DNA of 37,887 nucleotides from positions 1-37,887 of IMG/VR virus record IMGVR_UViG_3300029868_000014; one strand, given 5' to 3'. This document shows, piece after piece, positions 26,109 through 32,495 of the stretch. Every line of letters begins with the position of its first letter. The stretch's first letter is position 1. Position numbers and translations under genes: made by a program. Below the pieces are notes generated by a model that was given only the letters and a program-made list of their open reading frames with translations, had not been told where the DNA came from and searched no databases. This stretch comes from a virus.

Positions 26109-26438
26109 ATTCATCTCTTGCCATACAGGCACAACATTAGCAAAAAACATGTCGTGAGGGTCGCGACACCCTTCTATACTTGTAATTCGGAACCAGACTG
26201 TACTAGTTTTCATTGCAGCTTCAATAAACCAGCCTACTTCTGGCATTTGATCAAATGGTTTGAATCCGTGGACATTATAAACATTGCTCTCCATGTCGCA
26301 TTTATCCCAGTATATTGCATTTCCCCAATATCCGCCCATTACATCATCCGCCTCTGGCGGCTCTGTTAGCGCCTCTACTGGTGGCTTGAAATTTAAAATC
26401 GTTAGAACGCAGTCTGCAATTCTTTTAATTACACTCAT
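26103..26438 (-). CDS. Hypothetical protein, 111 aa
   Basis: AAAGGAGAGAG SD. Confidence 0.65.
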   Translation of the reverse strand: MSVIKRIADCVLTILNFKPPVEALTEPPEADDVMGGYWGNAIYWDKCDMESNVYNVHGFKPFDQMPEVGWFIEAAMKTSTVWFRITSIEGCRDPHDMFFANVVPVWQEMNT

Positions 26439-26455
26439 AATCTCTCTCCTTTATG

Positions 26456-26491
26456 CCTCTAACGAGGTGCGTGTCCTACGGGCCGCTAAGT
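26456..26491 (-). repeat. Intergenic element copy 2 (ACTTAGCGGCCCGTAGGACACGCACCTCGTTAGAGG)
   Basis: See copy 1. Confidence 0.8.
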
Positions 26492-26567
26492 TCGGTGCTC
26501 CGTCACATACTTTTTGGCCTCATCTTTGGTCAGCTCTTCGCCGCTCCAATCGTTGTGAATAGGCCCA

Positions 26568-26753
26568 TCAACGCGGTCGATCATCTGGCAAAAGTACTAC
26601 CTTTTGATCGGCTGTATCTTGTTGGGTCATTGCGCTGGTTGACGCGCCAAGGCTAAAATACGCTTTCATTAAACCGAGCGTGGTACCGTCTTTGATATCC
26701 CAACCCTCCAGCGTACCCCACTTTAAAATCAAATACTCTCCCGTGTTATTCAT
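26568..26753 (-). CDS. Hypothetical protein, 61 aa (possibly the 5' part of a split gene)
   Basis: ATG 26753 with an AAAGGAGAA SD. Followed by a 32-aa ORF (26486-26584) that has no SD and lies in the +1 frame. Confidence 0.55.
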   Translation of the reverse strand: MNNTGEYLILKWGTLEGWDIKDGTTLGLMKAYFSLGASTSAMTQQDTADQKVVLLPDDRPR

Positions 26754-26754
26754 C

Positions 26755-26961
26755 TCATTCTCCTTTATGTTTTTGCGATATTTCATTCCAAAGGATGTTT
26801 ACAGCCTCTACCGTAAGCTGAAATTTTTCAGCTTGGTCTAATCGTGCAATTTGCTCGTCGGTAGTTTTTTGACTGTAAGCACTCCTATTTAAAACTCTAA
26901 CTCGTCTCTCATAAATAGCTCGGCGTTTAGCGAATATGCGGGCTAGTTGGTACAATGTCAT
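26755..26961 (-). CDS. Hypothetical protein, 68 aa
   Basis: AGAGAGAG SD-like tract upstream. Confidence 0.6.
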   Translation of the reverse strand: MTLYQLARIFAKRRAIYERRVRVLNRSAYSQKTTDEQIARLDQAEKFQLTVEAVNILWNEISQKHKGE

Positions 26962-27247
26962 TGCTCTCTCTGTGTTTAATTTCGCTCTTCATTGCTTTGG
27001 TTGCGTGGCTATAAGCCGCCATCTTATCCGAAGCTCGGTCAAGTGCGTCGTTAATTTCGATACCTAAAAGCGCATTACCGTCCATATAGCTGCAAACGTC
27101 AGCAACCTTGCCACCCATCCGGGTAAGCTTTCGGTCGATCATGCTTACCGTGTTGGCTAGGTGTGAATCCTTCATGTCACGGACTTTGATAGTGTCGCCG
27201 TCCTTCATTTTCCAGACAACATCTCTAAATCTTAAATCATCTTTCAT
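26927..27247 (-). CDS. Hypothetical protein, 106 aa
   Basis: AAAGGAGAGAGTG-ATG junction. Confidence 0.65.
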   Translation of the reverse strand: MKDDLRFRDVVWKMKDGDTIKVRDMKDSHLANTVSMIDRKLTRMGGKVADVCSYMDGNALLGIEINDALDRASDKMAAYSHATKAMKSEIKHRESNDIVPTSPHIR

Positions 27248-27264
27248 CACTCTCTCCTTTGTTT

Positions 27265-27411
27265 CTAAAATAGCGACACCACTGCGCTTATTAAGCCGCT
27301 TACCGAGATAACAAGCCCCACAACAATTATCGCAACCAATGCTATTACCATTAGTAGTGCTGGGATGTCTGTTAATATGTAATGGATTTTAATTTCTTTA
27401 AACTTATTCAT
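27265..27411 (-). CDS. Small membrane protein, 48 aa (not in the ORF track)
   Basis: AAGGAAAAG SD. MNKFKEIKIHYILTDIPALLMVIALVAIIVVGLVISVSGLISAVVSLF. Fills an otherwise empty 170-nt gap. Confidence 0.55.
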   Translation of the reverse strand: MNKFKEIKIHYILTDIPALLMVIALVAIIVVGLVISVSGLISAVVSLF

Positions 27412-27421
27412 TTTCTTTTCC

Positions 27422-27766
27422 TTAATCTATAATTGTAACGACAGTGTTACCTTCAAGAACTAATTTATAACCATGGCATTTAACGCGTGTTGCGCCTAAC
27501 TGCATGGCCGCTTTAACTGTGCCTGTCATAAGCTCGTCACGCTGTTTTTCGAAGTCGAAGCCGTAATGCCTCTCTAAAAACCTAATCACCGCGTGGTCGC
27601 TTACTCTTGGCTTCTTGCGGGCATCAATTAGTAGCTGCCTAGCTTCCTTTAATTGAATAGCGATCTTGCTAATCTTTTGCTGTGTGGGAAGCATAAGAGC
27701 GTTTAAATGTTTAAGCTCTTTTTCTAACGTCTCCACAGTAGCTTCGCACTTAGCCTCTTTACTCAT
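27422..27766 (-). CDS. Hypothetical protein, 114 aa (coiled N-terminus; SDHAVIRFLER motif)
   Basis: AAAGGAGAA SD. Confidence 0.65.
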   Translation of the reverse strand: MSKEAKCEATVETLEKELKHLNALMLPTQQKISKIAIQLKEARQLLIDARKKPRVSDHAVIRFLERHYGFDFEKQRDELMTGTVKAAMQLGATRVKCHGYKLVLEGNTVVTIID

Positions 27767-27781
27767 CTCATTCTCCTTTAA

Positions 27782-27800
27782 TACCTAGTTATCGTTCTTC
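27782..27800 (-). repeat. Intergenic element (plus strand TACCTAGTTATCGTTCTTC), copy a
   Basis: 18 of 19 identical to 28749-28767. Both lie directly upstream of an SD. Confidence 0.75.
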
Positions 27801-27807
27801 CACAGCG

Positions 27808-28116
27808 TCACCGCCATTTAAGGCCCTTAGGTAATTCAGCGTGCCAAGTCTCTTCTATTATCTCAATGTCAAGGCGCTCCGTGCATTTGTAAGCCTTCCA
27901 GCCACAAGGAAACTCGTAGCATTCCCATACACCATAAGTTCGCGCCCATTTGTCACCTTCATTAGGCCATAGGCTCACTTTTTCCCAAGTTTGTATCTTT
28001 GTGTGAAGCATCTTACCAAAACCCCAAACCCATTTAGGGCCTGCCGGTAGAGTACCATTCCCGTACCTCCAAGGTATAATATGTAAACTCCACTCTAGCG
28101 GTTGCTTTTTAACCAT
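27808..28116 (-). CDS. Trp-rich hypothetical protein, 102 aa
   Basis: ATG 28116 with a CAGGAGAG SD, directly after the upstream stop. Confidence 0.65.
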   Translation of the reverse strand: MVKKQPLEWSLHIIPWRYGNGTLPAGPKWVWGFGKMLHTKIQTWEKVSLWPNEGDKWARTYGVWECYEFPCGWKAYKCTERLDIEIIEETWHAELPKGLKWR

Positions 28117-28117
28117 C

Positions 28118-28381
28118 TTACTCTCCTGTAATTGTTGGGGGCTCGTCTTCGATTGCGCCGTTCTTAAATGACACATTACAGTTCATGATTGTCGTGCTTT
28201 CAGGAGCGCACACCTGCGTTAAACCTACCAAGGCAGTAAGTGCCTTCTCACGCAGACAAACATCTACATTCGCGGTGATAATCTCTATAATCCCCTTTCG
28301 TGCCTCAGCCATTACCTCTGCGGTCATTGCTTCAGATGTTACACAAATTGCTGTTTGCTTTGGTTCGTTGTCCGTTTTCAT
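28118..28381 (-). CDS. Hypothetical protein, 87 aa
   Basis: AAAGGACAA SD. Confidence 0.6.
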   Translation of the reverse strand: MKTDNEPKQTAICVTSEAMTAEVMAEARKGIIEIITANVDVCLREKALTALVGLTQVCAPESTTIMNCNVSFKNGAIEDEPPTITGE

Positions 28382-28408
28382 AGTCGTTGTCCTTTAATTG
28401 TTGTTGTG

Positions 28409-28444
28409 CCTCTAGCGAGGGGCGTGTCCAGTAGGTCCGCTAAT
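28409..28444 (-). repeat. Intergenic element copy 3 (CATTAGCGGACCTACTGGACACGCCCCTCGCTAGAGG)
   Basis: See copy 1. Confidence 0.8.
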
Positions 28445-28733
28445 GCGTGGATGGAAGCGTCACACGGTAAAAATACTCGCCGTTGCCCTTATCCTCGAAC
28501 TCATAAGATGAGCGAAAATGCTTATCCATAGATGCGCGTTCTTCATTTTTCCACTGCTCGCGTGTTAATGAGCATTTATATGCATGCTCCAGCATCACGG
28601 CTTTAACGTGGTCAGCGCCCTTGTCGCTGTTAGCGGTATATTCATAATGACAATCGCCATATCGGCGCTTCTGCCCTGCGTGTGTGCAACTGAATTTTAC
28701 ACCATCAACATTCACTATAACTGCATCTTCCAT
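28440..28733 (-). CDS. Hypothetical protein, 97 aa
   Basis: AAAAGGAGA SD. Confidence 0.65.
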   Translation of the reverse strand: MEDAVIVNVDGVKFSCTHAGQKRRYGDCHYEYTANSDKGADHVKAVMLEHAYKCSLTREQWKNEERASMDKHFRSSYEFEDKGNGEYFYRVTLPSTH

Positions 28734-28748
28734 TTCAATCTCCTTTTG

Positions 28749-28767
28749 TACCTAGTTACCGTTCTTC
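28749..28767 (-). repeat. Intergenic element (plus strand TACCTAGTTACCGTTCTTC), copy b
   Basis: See 27782-27800. Confidence 0.75.
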
Positions 28768-28945
28768 GTTTCTTACGCGCATACGAAAGCTTCCGGGTCA
28801 CCTCCCCTCCCACAGCCGGTGCCGTTAAGAGGATCATTAGGTCAACTATCAAGAGTACGTATACCAGACATATGTTTTATCGTGCATCACCACGCCTCCC
28901 CCTTCTATTATAAAGCCGAAGAAGCCAATTAGGGGTTCGTTCTGT
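28762..28945 (-). pseudogene. Probable decayed paralogue of the 91-aa gene at 29203..29478
   Basis: Colinear nucleotide blocks are shared with that gene: GAACCCnTAA, GGTGATnCA, GAYAAA..CATAT, TAYACnTAC, and GAGGTG(cgt)ACCCGGnnGCTTTCG(c)GTAT. The blocks are interrupted by stops and indels. Confidence 0.4.
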
Positions 28946-29202
28946 CTGCTTTGCCTCAGAGCGTTGAAACTCAGTCGGCGGATCGGAAGCTTGCATCCCT
29001 GCGTAAAAGTTCTCCCGTACTCAATCAGCTTCTTGGGGAGAAAGCTGCAAAACTCGTGGGAAAACATTTAACTTGGCTTGGTGAGTAGTATGGGTTACGT
29101 TTGCCCCACCAAGGGCGATACGGCGTTTCCAAATACCATATCAGTCGTCTTTGAGCCTCGGGATGTTTAACGCATCGCCGGGGCTTTATTATGTACGCAC
29201 GT

Positions 29203-29478
29203 TCAGTCTTCGATAGCAACCCGCCATACGCGAAAGCCACCGGGTACGCACCTCGACATGAAATTCCACCCAAGACGATTCGAGGCGTATGTGTAAGCCG
29301 CGTTAGCGCCCTTACAGAGCCGTAGTATATGCTCTTTGTCGGTCCTCTCGAAGAATATTGAATCACCAATCTCCATCTCAACGAATGGGTATTTTGCTGT
29401 AAATGTGCCTTTGCGCTTATGGGTTCCCGTAGTGAAGTCTGGAATGGGAATGTTTTTATCTATCGTATATTGGCTCAT
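29203..29478 (-). CDS. Hypothetical protein, 91 aa (KYPFxEMEIGDSxFF ... GGFRVWR)
   Basis: GGGAGAGAG SD. Confidence 0.7.
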   Translation of the reverse strand: MSQYTIDKNIPIPDFTTGTHKRKGTFTAKYPFVEMEIGDSIFFERTDKEHILRLCKGANAAYTYASNRLGWNFMSRCVPGGFRVWRVAIED

Positions 29479-29522
29479 TTCTCTCTCCCTGTGAAGTCTT
29501 CATGTGGACATATTAAGCACAC

Positions 29523-29780
29523 TCAATCGTCTTTGGCAAGCTCTTTTAGTCTAGAAATAATTACACCTTCACGACGCCTTACGTATTCAAGCTCTGCAAG
29601 TAACACATGCTGTTCAGCCTCTTCAGCCGTCTCGTGGTAATCGATCCATTTATTCATGAACTTTGACCGCCAATTCTTCTTCTTGCTGTTCTCGTAGTAT
29701 GTCACGCCACGAATGCCGCTTTTGCTTTTAACTGGCTTACCTGTTGCGGCTGTAAGGCTTACACCGTGCGGGTTACTCAT
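29523..29780 (-). CDS. AP2-domain DNA-binding protein, 85 aa
   Basis: SGIRGVTYYENSKKKNWRSKF...YHETAEEAEQH fits the AP2 (RGV...W.A.I...F.T.EEAA) pattern. ATG 29780 has an AAAGGAGAGAA SD. Confidence 0.6.
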   Translation of the reverse strand: MSNPHGVSLTAATGKPVKSKSGIRGVTYYENSKKKNWRSKFMNKWIDYHETAEEAEQHVLLAELEYVRRREGVIISRLKELAKDD

Positions 29781-30054
29781 GATTCTCTCCTTTGTTTTTT
29801 GGTAGAATGTGGGTCCCATGATCAATCCATCCTTTATCGATAAGCCTCATAACTTCACCCTGAGGTACAAGAATACAATCACGTTGGTTGCAATCATTCT
29901 CTCTAGGTAAAACCAATCTAACAATGCCGCCTGTCCTGATCAACGTTGCTTTAGGGCGACAGGCCTCCACCCAGTATTCAACCTCCCCACATACTGCGGG
30001 GCAATCTAAAATCGAAATGTCTGCTGTAAGGCTTACACTGGGGATGTTACTCAT
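29773..30054 (-). CDS. Hypothetical protein, 93 aa
   Basis: AAAGGAGAA SD. Confidence 0.65.
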   Translation of the reverse strand: MSNIPSVSLTADISILDCPAVCGEVEYWVEACRPKATLIRTGGIVRLVLPRENDCNQRDCILVPQGEVMRLIDKGWIDHGTHILPKNKGENHE

Positions 30055-30319
30055 TAGGTTCTCCTTTATTGCTAAACCTATTCTCTAAAAATGACCCTAT
30101 GAAACCGATAAGCCCTATCGTTAACAGTACTCCTATGATGGGTACTATCATGAATAACCCAATGATTTCAAATCTATGCCATTCAAAGCCACCGTAAATA
30201 GTCCACACCACAAAATGATAAAACAACACCGGCAACTCTAGAACCAAATACACGCTGAAAGGAACTAACGAAAACCATACCGACATACTCATCTTGAACC
30301 ATATTGAATAATCAGGCAT
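30047..30319 (-). CDS. Membrane protein, 90 aa (3 TM)
   Basis: GAGGAGAGAG SD. Three hydrophobic helices. Confidence 0.65.
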   Translation of the reverse strand: MPDYSIWFKMSMSVWFSLVPFSVYLVLELPVLFYHFVVWTIYGGFEWHRFEIIGLFMIVPIIGVLLTIGLIGFIGSFLENRFSNKGEPNE

Positions 30320-30665
30320 CGCTCTCTCCTCTAGCTTTCAACATGGCGTCGGCTTGTTGGTAGGCCCATTTTGCCCGGTCGTGTTGATGGTGACTGTGCT
30401 CTTCAAGCTCTCCCGTCCCTATAGCTTGCCCAGCGAAATAATCCCTGAGAGATTTGTCTGATGCTAAACCGCCGCTCTTCACAAGAGCCCGCTCGTCACA
30501 CTCTACCATAAAACGCTGAGCCGTTTTGTTTTGGGATAGCTCGTTGTCGCGCTGTCTTTTGGCCTTGTACCCATCACAAGATTCCCACTCTAATACAGTA
30601 CAGGTTTTTTTCCCAAATTCGCCGCATATTGCGCAACCAAAAGGCCAGCCGATTGATTTACTCAT
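30312..30665 (-). CDS. Cys-rich hypothetical protein, 117 aa
   Basis: ATG 30665 follows AAAGGAGAGAGTG. N-terminal CxxC..C..C cluster. Confidence 0.65.
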   Translation of the reverse strand: MSKSIGWPFGCAICGEFGKKTCTVLEWESCDGYKAKRQRDNELSQNKTAQRFMVECDERALVKSGGLASDKSLRDYFAGQAIGTGELEEHSHHQHDRAKWAYQQADAMLKARGESDA

Positions 30666-30684
30666 CACTCTCTCCTTTAATAAT
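30659..30684. repeat. 26-nt exact direct repeat, copy 1 (minus strand ATTATTAAAGGAGAGAGTGATGAGTA)
   Basis: Identical to 31033-31058. Confidence 0.9.
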
Positions 30685-30689
30685 TTCTA

Positions 30690-30881
30690 TTATTGAATTT
30701 CGCCCTGTAACGTATCCCCGAATGATAACAACTCACTCAGTAGGTCCACAACCTCGTCATCGTCCAATGTCTCTTTCCATGACCCGATAAGGCTTAATAT
30801 CTCTGGACCGGCTCCATGTAGCTCTAGGGCTTTGTAAACTAGGCCGTTGTATTTAACTTCCGCTGGTGTTGGACTGCTCAT
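30690..30881 (-). CDS. Hypothetical acidic protein, 63 aa
   Basis: Only a weak SD (GAAAGAA). Sits alone between a terminator and the repeated junction. Confidence 0.5.
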   Translation of the reverse strand: MSSPTPAEVKYNGLVYKALELHGAGPEILSLIGSWKETLDDDEVVDLLSELLSFGDTLQGEIQ

Positions 30882-30978
30882 TGTTTGATTCTTTCATGTT
30901 GACTTTACGGTTCTCATAAGGCATTTTACCTATTCGAAGTGAGTAGCAACCTGGTCCCGACATCTAAGATTCAGGAAG

Positions 30979-31019
30979 TAAAAATTCTAAGCCAGCATTG
31001 GTTGCGCCCTTTGCTGGCT
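30979..31019 (-). terminator. Intrinsic terminator after the XRE gene
   Basis: On the minus strand, AGCCAGCA-14 nt-TGCTGGCT (8 bp) is followed by TAGAATTTTTAC. Confidence 0.6.
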
Positions 31020-31031
31020 TTATAATGCCAG

Positions 31032-31253
31032 CTACTCATCACTCTCTCCTTTAATAATGTCGTTGCATATGGACACTAAATGCCCTCTGAACTCTGTCAT
31101 CTTATTGATAGCGGCTATAGCACCGTTATTGATGTTTCTTACGCCTTGCTCCCATGCGCTAATGGTATTGGTTTTATAACCTAGAGACTCTGCAAATGCT
31201 TTCTGTGTTAGTCCTAGATCTAACCGAATGTCTTTAACTTCTTTAGGTGTCAT
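31032..31253 (-). CDS. XRE-family helix-turn-helix regulator, 73 aa
   Basis: IRLDLGLTQKAFAESLGYKTNTISAWEQG is a classic HTH_3 pattern. ATG 31253 has a GAGGGGG SD. Confidence 0.85.
   Translation of the reverse strand: MTPKEVKDIRLDLGLTQKAFAESLGYKTNTISAWEQGVRNINNGAIAAINKMTEFRGHLVSICNDIIKGESDE
31033..31058. repeat. 26-nt exact direct repeat, copy 2
   Basis: Identical to 30659-30684. Here it encodes the C-terminus (IIKGESDE*) of the XRE protein. Confidence 0.9.
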
Positions 31254-31354
31254 CTTTGCCCCCTCATTGAGTGCTCCGTACATAAAATAACTAACAAAAA
31301 ACCAACATGAAACGTAGCAATATATGTTGATATCGTGACGAGTAGTTCCATTAT

Positions 31355-31558
31355 TCACTCTCCTCCATTCTTTAACATGTCGTTTCTGATTGTTGATCTT
31401 AGCCAATCGTACCAACTGATCATTTCGCCAGTCTTTGGGTCCATTGGGAATCCGCCGCCGTAACCTTTCTTGATAGTCATTAGGATATGGCGGCATTGAT
31501 CGTCCGTTAGCGACGTTGCTTTCGCTTCGTTCCGAGCCGTTTCTTCTTTGTCACTCAT
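31355..31558 (-). CDS. Hypothetical protein, 67 aa
   Basis: AAGGAGAGAA SD. ATGAGTGA overlap with the upstream stop. Confidence 0.65.
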   Translation of the reverse strand: MSDKEETARNEAKATSLTDDQCRHILMTIKKGYGGGFPMDPKTGEMISWYDWLRSTIRNDMLKNGGE

Positions 31559-31799
31559 AATTTCTCTCCTTGATGGGTCCAATGGTAAATAGTGCCGCTG
31601 TGGTTGATATCTCATCCAAGTTCTTCTTGAACTGTTCAGGGCTCATTAAGTAGCTGTCACGCTTAGGGTTGATTATCTCCCGTAGGCTATGCGCAATATT
31701 CTCAGCGTCTATCAGGTCCAGATTTGAGGAAATATGCGAGCAACGATCTAAAAACTTCGCTGCCCTAGCAATTGCTTCTCTCTCTTTATTGTTCATCAT
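31551..31799 (-). CDS. Hypothetical protein, 82 aa
   Basis: TAAGGAGAGA SD. Confidence 0.65.
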   Translation of the reverse strand: MMNNKEREAIARAAKFLDRCSHISSNLDLIDAENIAHSLREIINPKRDSYLMSPEQFKKNLDEISTTAALFTIGPIKERNYE

Positions 31800-31806
31800 T
31801 CTCTCC

Positions 31807-32022
31807 TTATCCGATATTTAGCTTGTCAGACATGTAAATTTTAAGCTCAGATTTGTGTAACCGTGCTGAACTTATAAGCATCATCATGCTCTCGCGCTTT
31901 TCTGTAAAAGACAATTCAATCCCTACTTTATTAAGCCGAACAGAAATATCCTTTAACTGTAGACAAAGCTGCTGGGCATCATCAATATCTTTCTGATATT
32001 TATCGTTAAACATTTTCATCAT
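31807..32022 (-). CDS. Hypothetical protein, 71 aa
   Basis: ATG 32022 with an AAAGGAGAT SD. The track start at 32043 would lie inside the -10 hexamer, upstream of the predicted transcription start. Confidence 0.6.
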   Translation of the reverse strand: MMKMFNDKYQKDIDDAQQLCLQLKDISVRLNKVGIELSFTEKRESMMMLISSARLHKSELKIYMSDKLNIG

Positions 32023-32041
32023 TATCTCCTTTGATAACCTC

Positions 32042-32069
32042 ACTCTATATGACTAGGTCATACAGTCAA
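32042..32069 (-). promoter_or_regulatory. Promoter TTGACT-16-TAGAGT with palindromic operator TATGACCTAGTCATA (32048-32062) filling the spacer
   Basis: Hexamers and palindrome read directly. Same design as the promoter at 21329-21357. Confidence 0.7.
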
Positions 32070-32196
32070 TAGCTAATTAGGGAAATATACGAATCGTATG
32101 TCATGCATTTGTAATGATAGGTTATTATCTTTAAATTGCCGCTAATATAGGCGTGTAAGAATCGTGCATTAAGCACAAATGGTGATTTTTGATAGA

Positions 32197-32224
32197 CAAA
32201 AGAAAACCCGGTGGGGGGCCGGGC
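32197..32224 (-). terminator. Intrinsic terminator ending the Cro/HNH/RusA/DnaA-like operon
   Basis: On the minus strand, GCCCGG-cccccca-CCGGGT is followed by TTTTCTTTTG, 25 nt after the stop at 32250. Confidence 0.7.
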
Positions 32225-32249
32225 TTGTTAGTTTATTCGCAATGTACGC

Positions 32250-32474
32250 TCATACCGAAATTGGTATAGGTGTTTTGTATCCTACAGGAACACAGTTAAC
32301 AAGATTTGATTCGATAATGAAATAAAACGCGTCTGGGTGTTGAGGAACATCCACCTTTAAAGGAGTGGCTACAACGCCATAATAACCCCGATCCTCCCAA
32401 TACTCCTCGATCTTGGAGCAAGACTGCTTGCATTCATAATAGCAGTCACCACGCTTTTGTGTTGATCCAACCAT
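32250..32474 (-). CDS. Hypothetical protein, 74 aa
   Basis: GGGAG SD. Confidence 0.65.
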   Translation of the reverse strand: MVGSTQKRGDCYYECKQSCSKIEEYWEDRGYYGVVATPLKVDVPQHPDAFYFIIESNLVNCVPVGYKTPIPISV

Positions 32475-32495
32475 TACTTTAACTCCCGTTCTTTT

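Noticed and set aside
29246-29255. Inverted occurrence of the ACGCACCTCG core of the three-copy element inside the 91-aa gene
   Set aside because: A single match of 10-14 nt to a 40-nt motif is within chance expectation for 2 x 38 kb. I did not treat it as a terminal inverted repeat of a mobile element.
28849-29381. Track ORFs 28849..29067 (72 aa) and 29025..29381 (118 aa)
   Set aside because: They have no SD in an operon where nearly every gene has a strong one. Their composition is implausible. The second overlaps the well-supported 91-aa gene out of frame. The region is better explained as decayed or non-coding sequence.
31254-31496. Long 154-aa version of the XRE ORF
   Set aside because: The upstream extension overlaps the SD-supported 67-aa gene in another frame. 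The internal ATG 31253 has its own GAGGGGG SD and yields a standard-length HTH protein.
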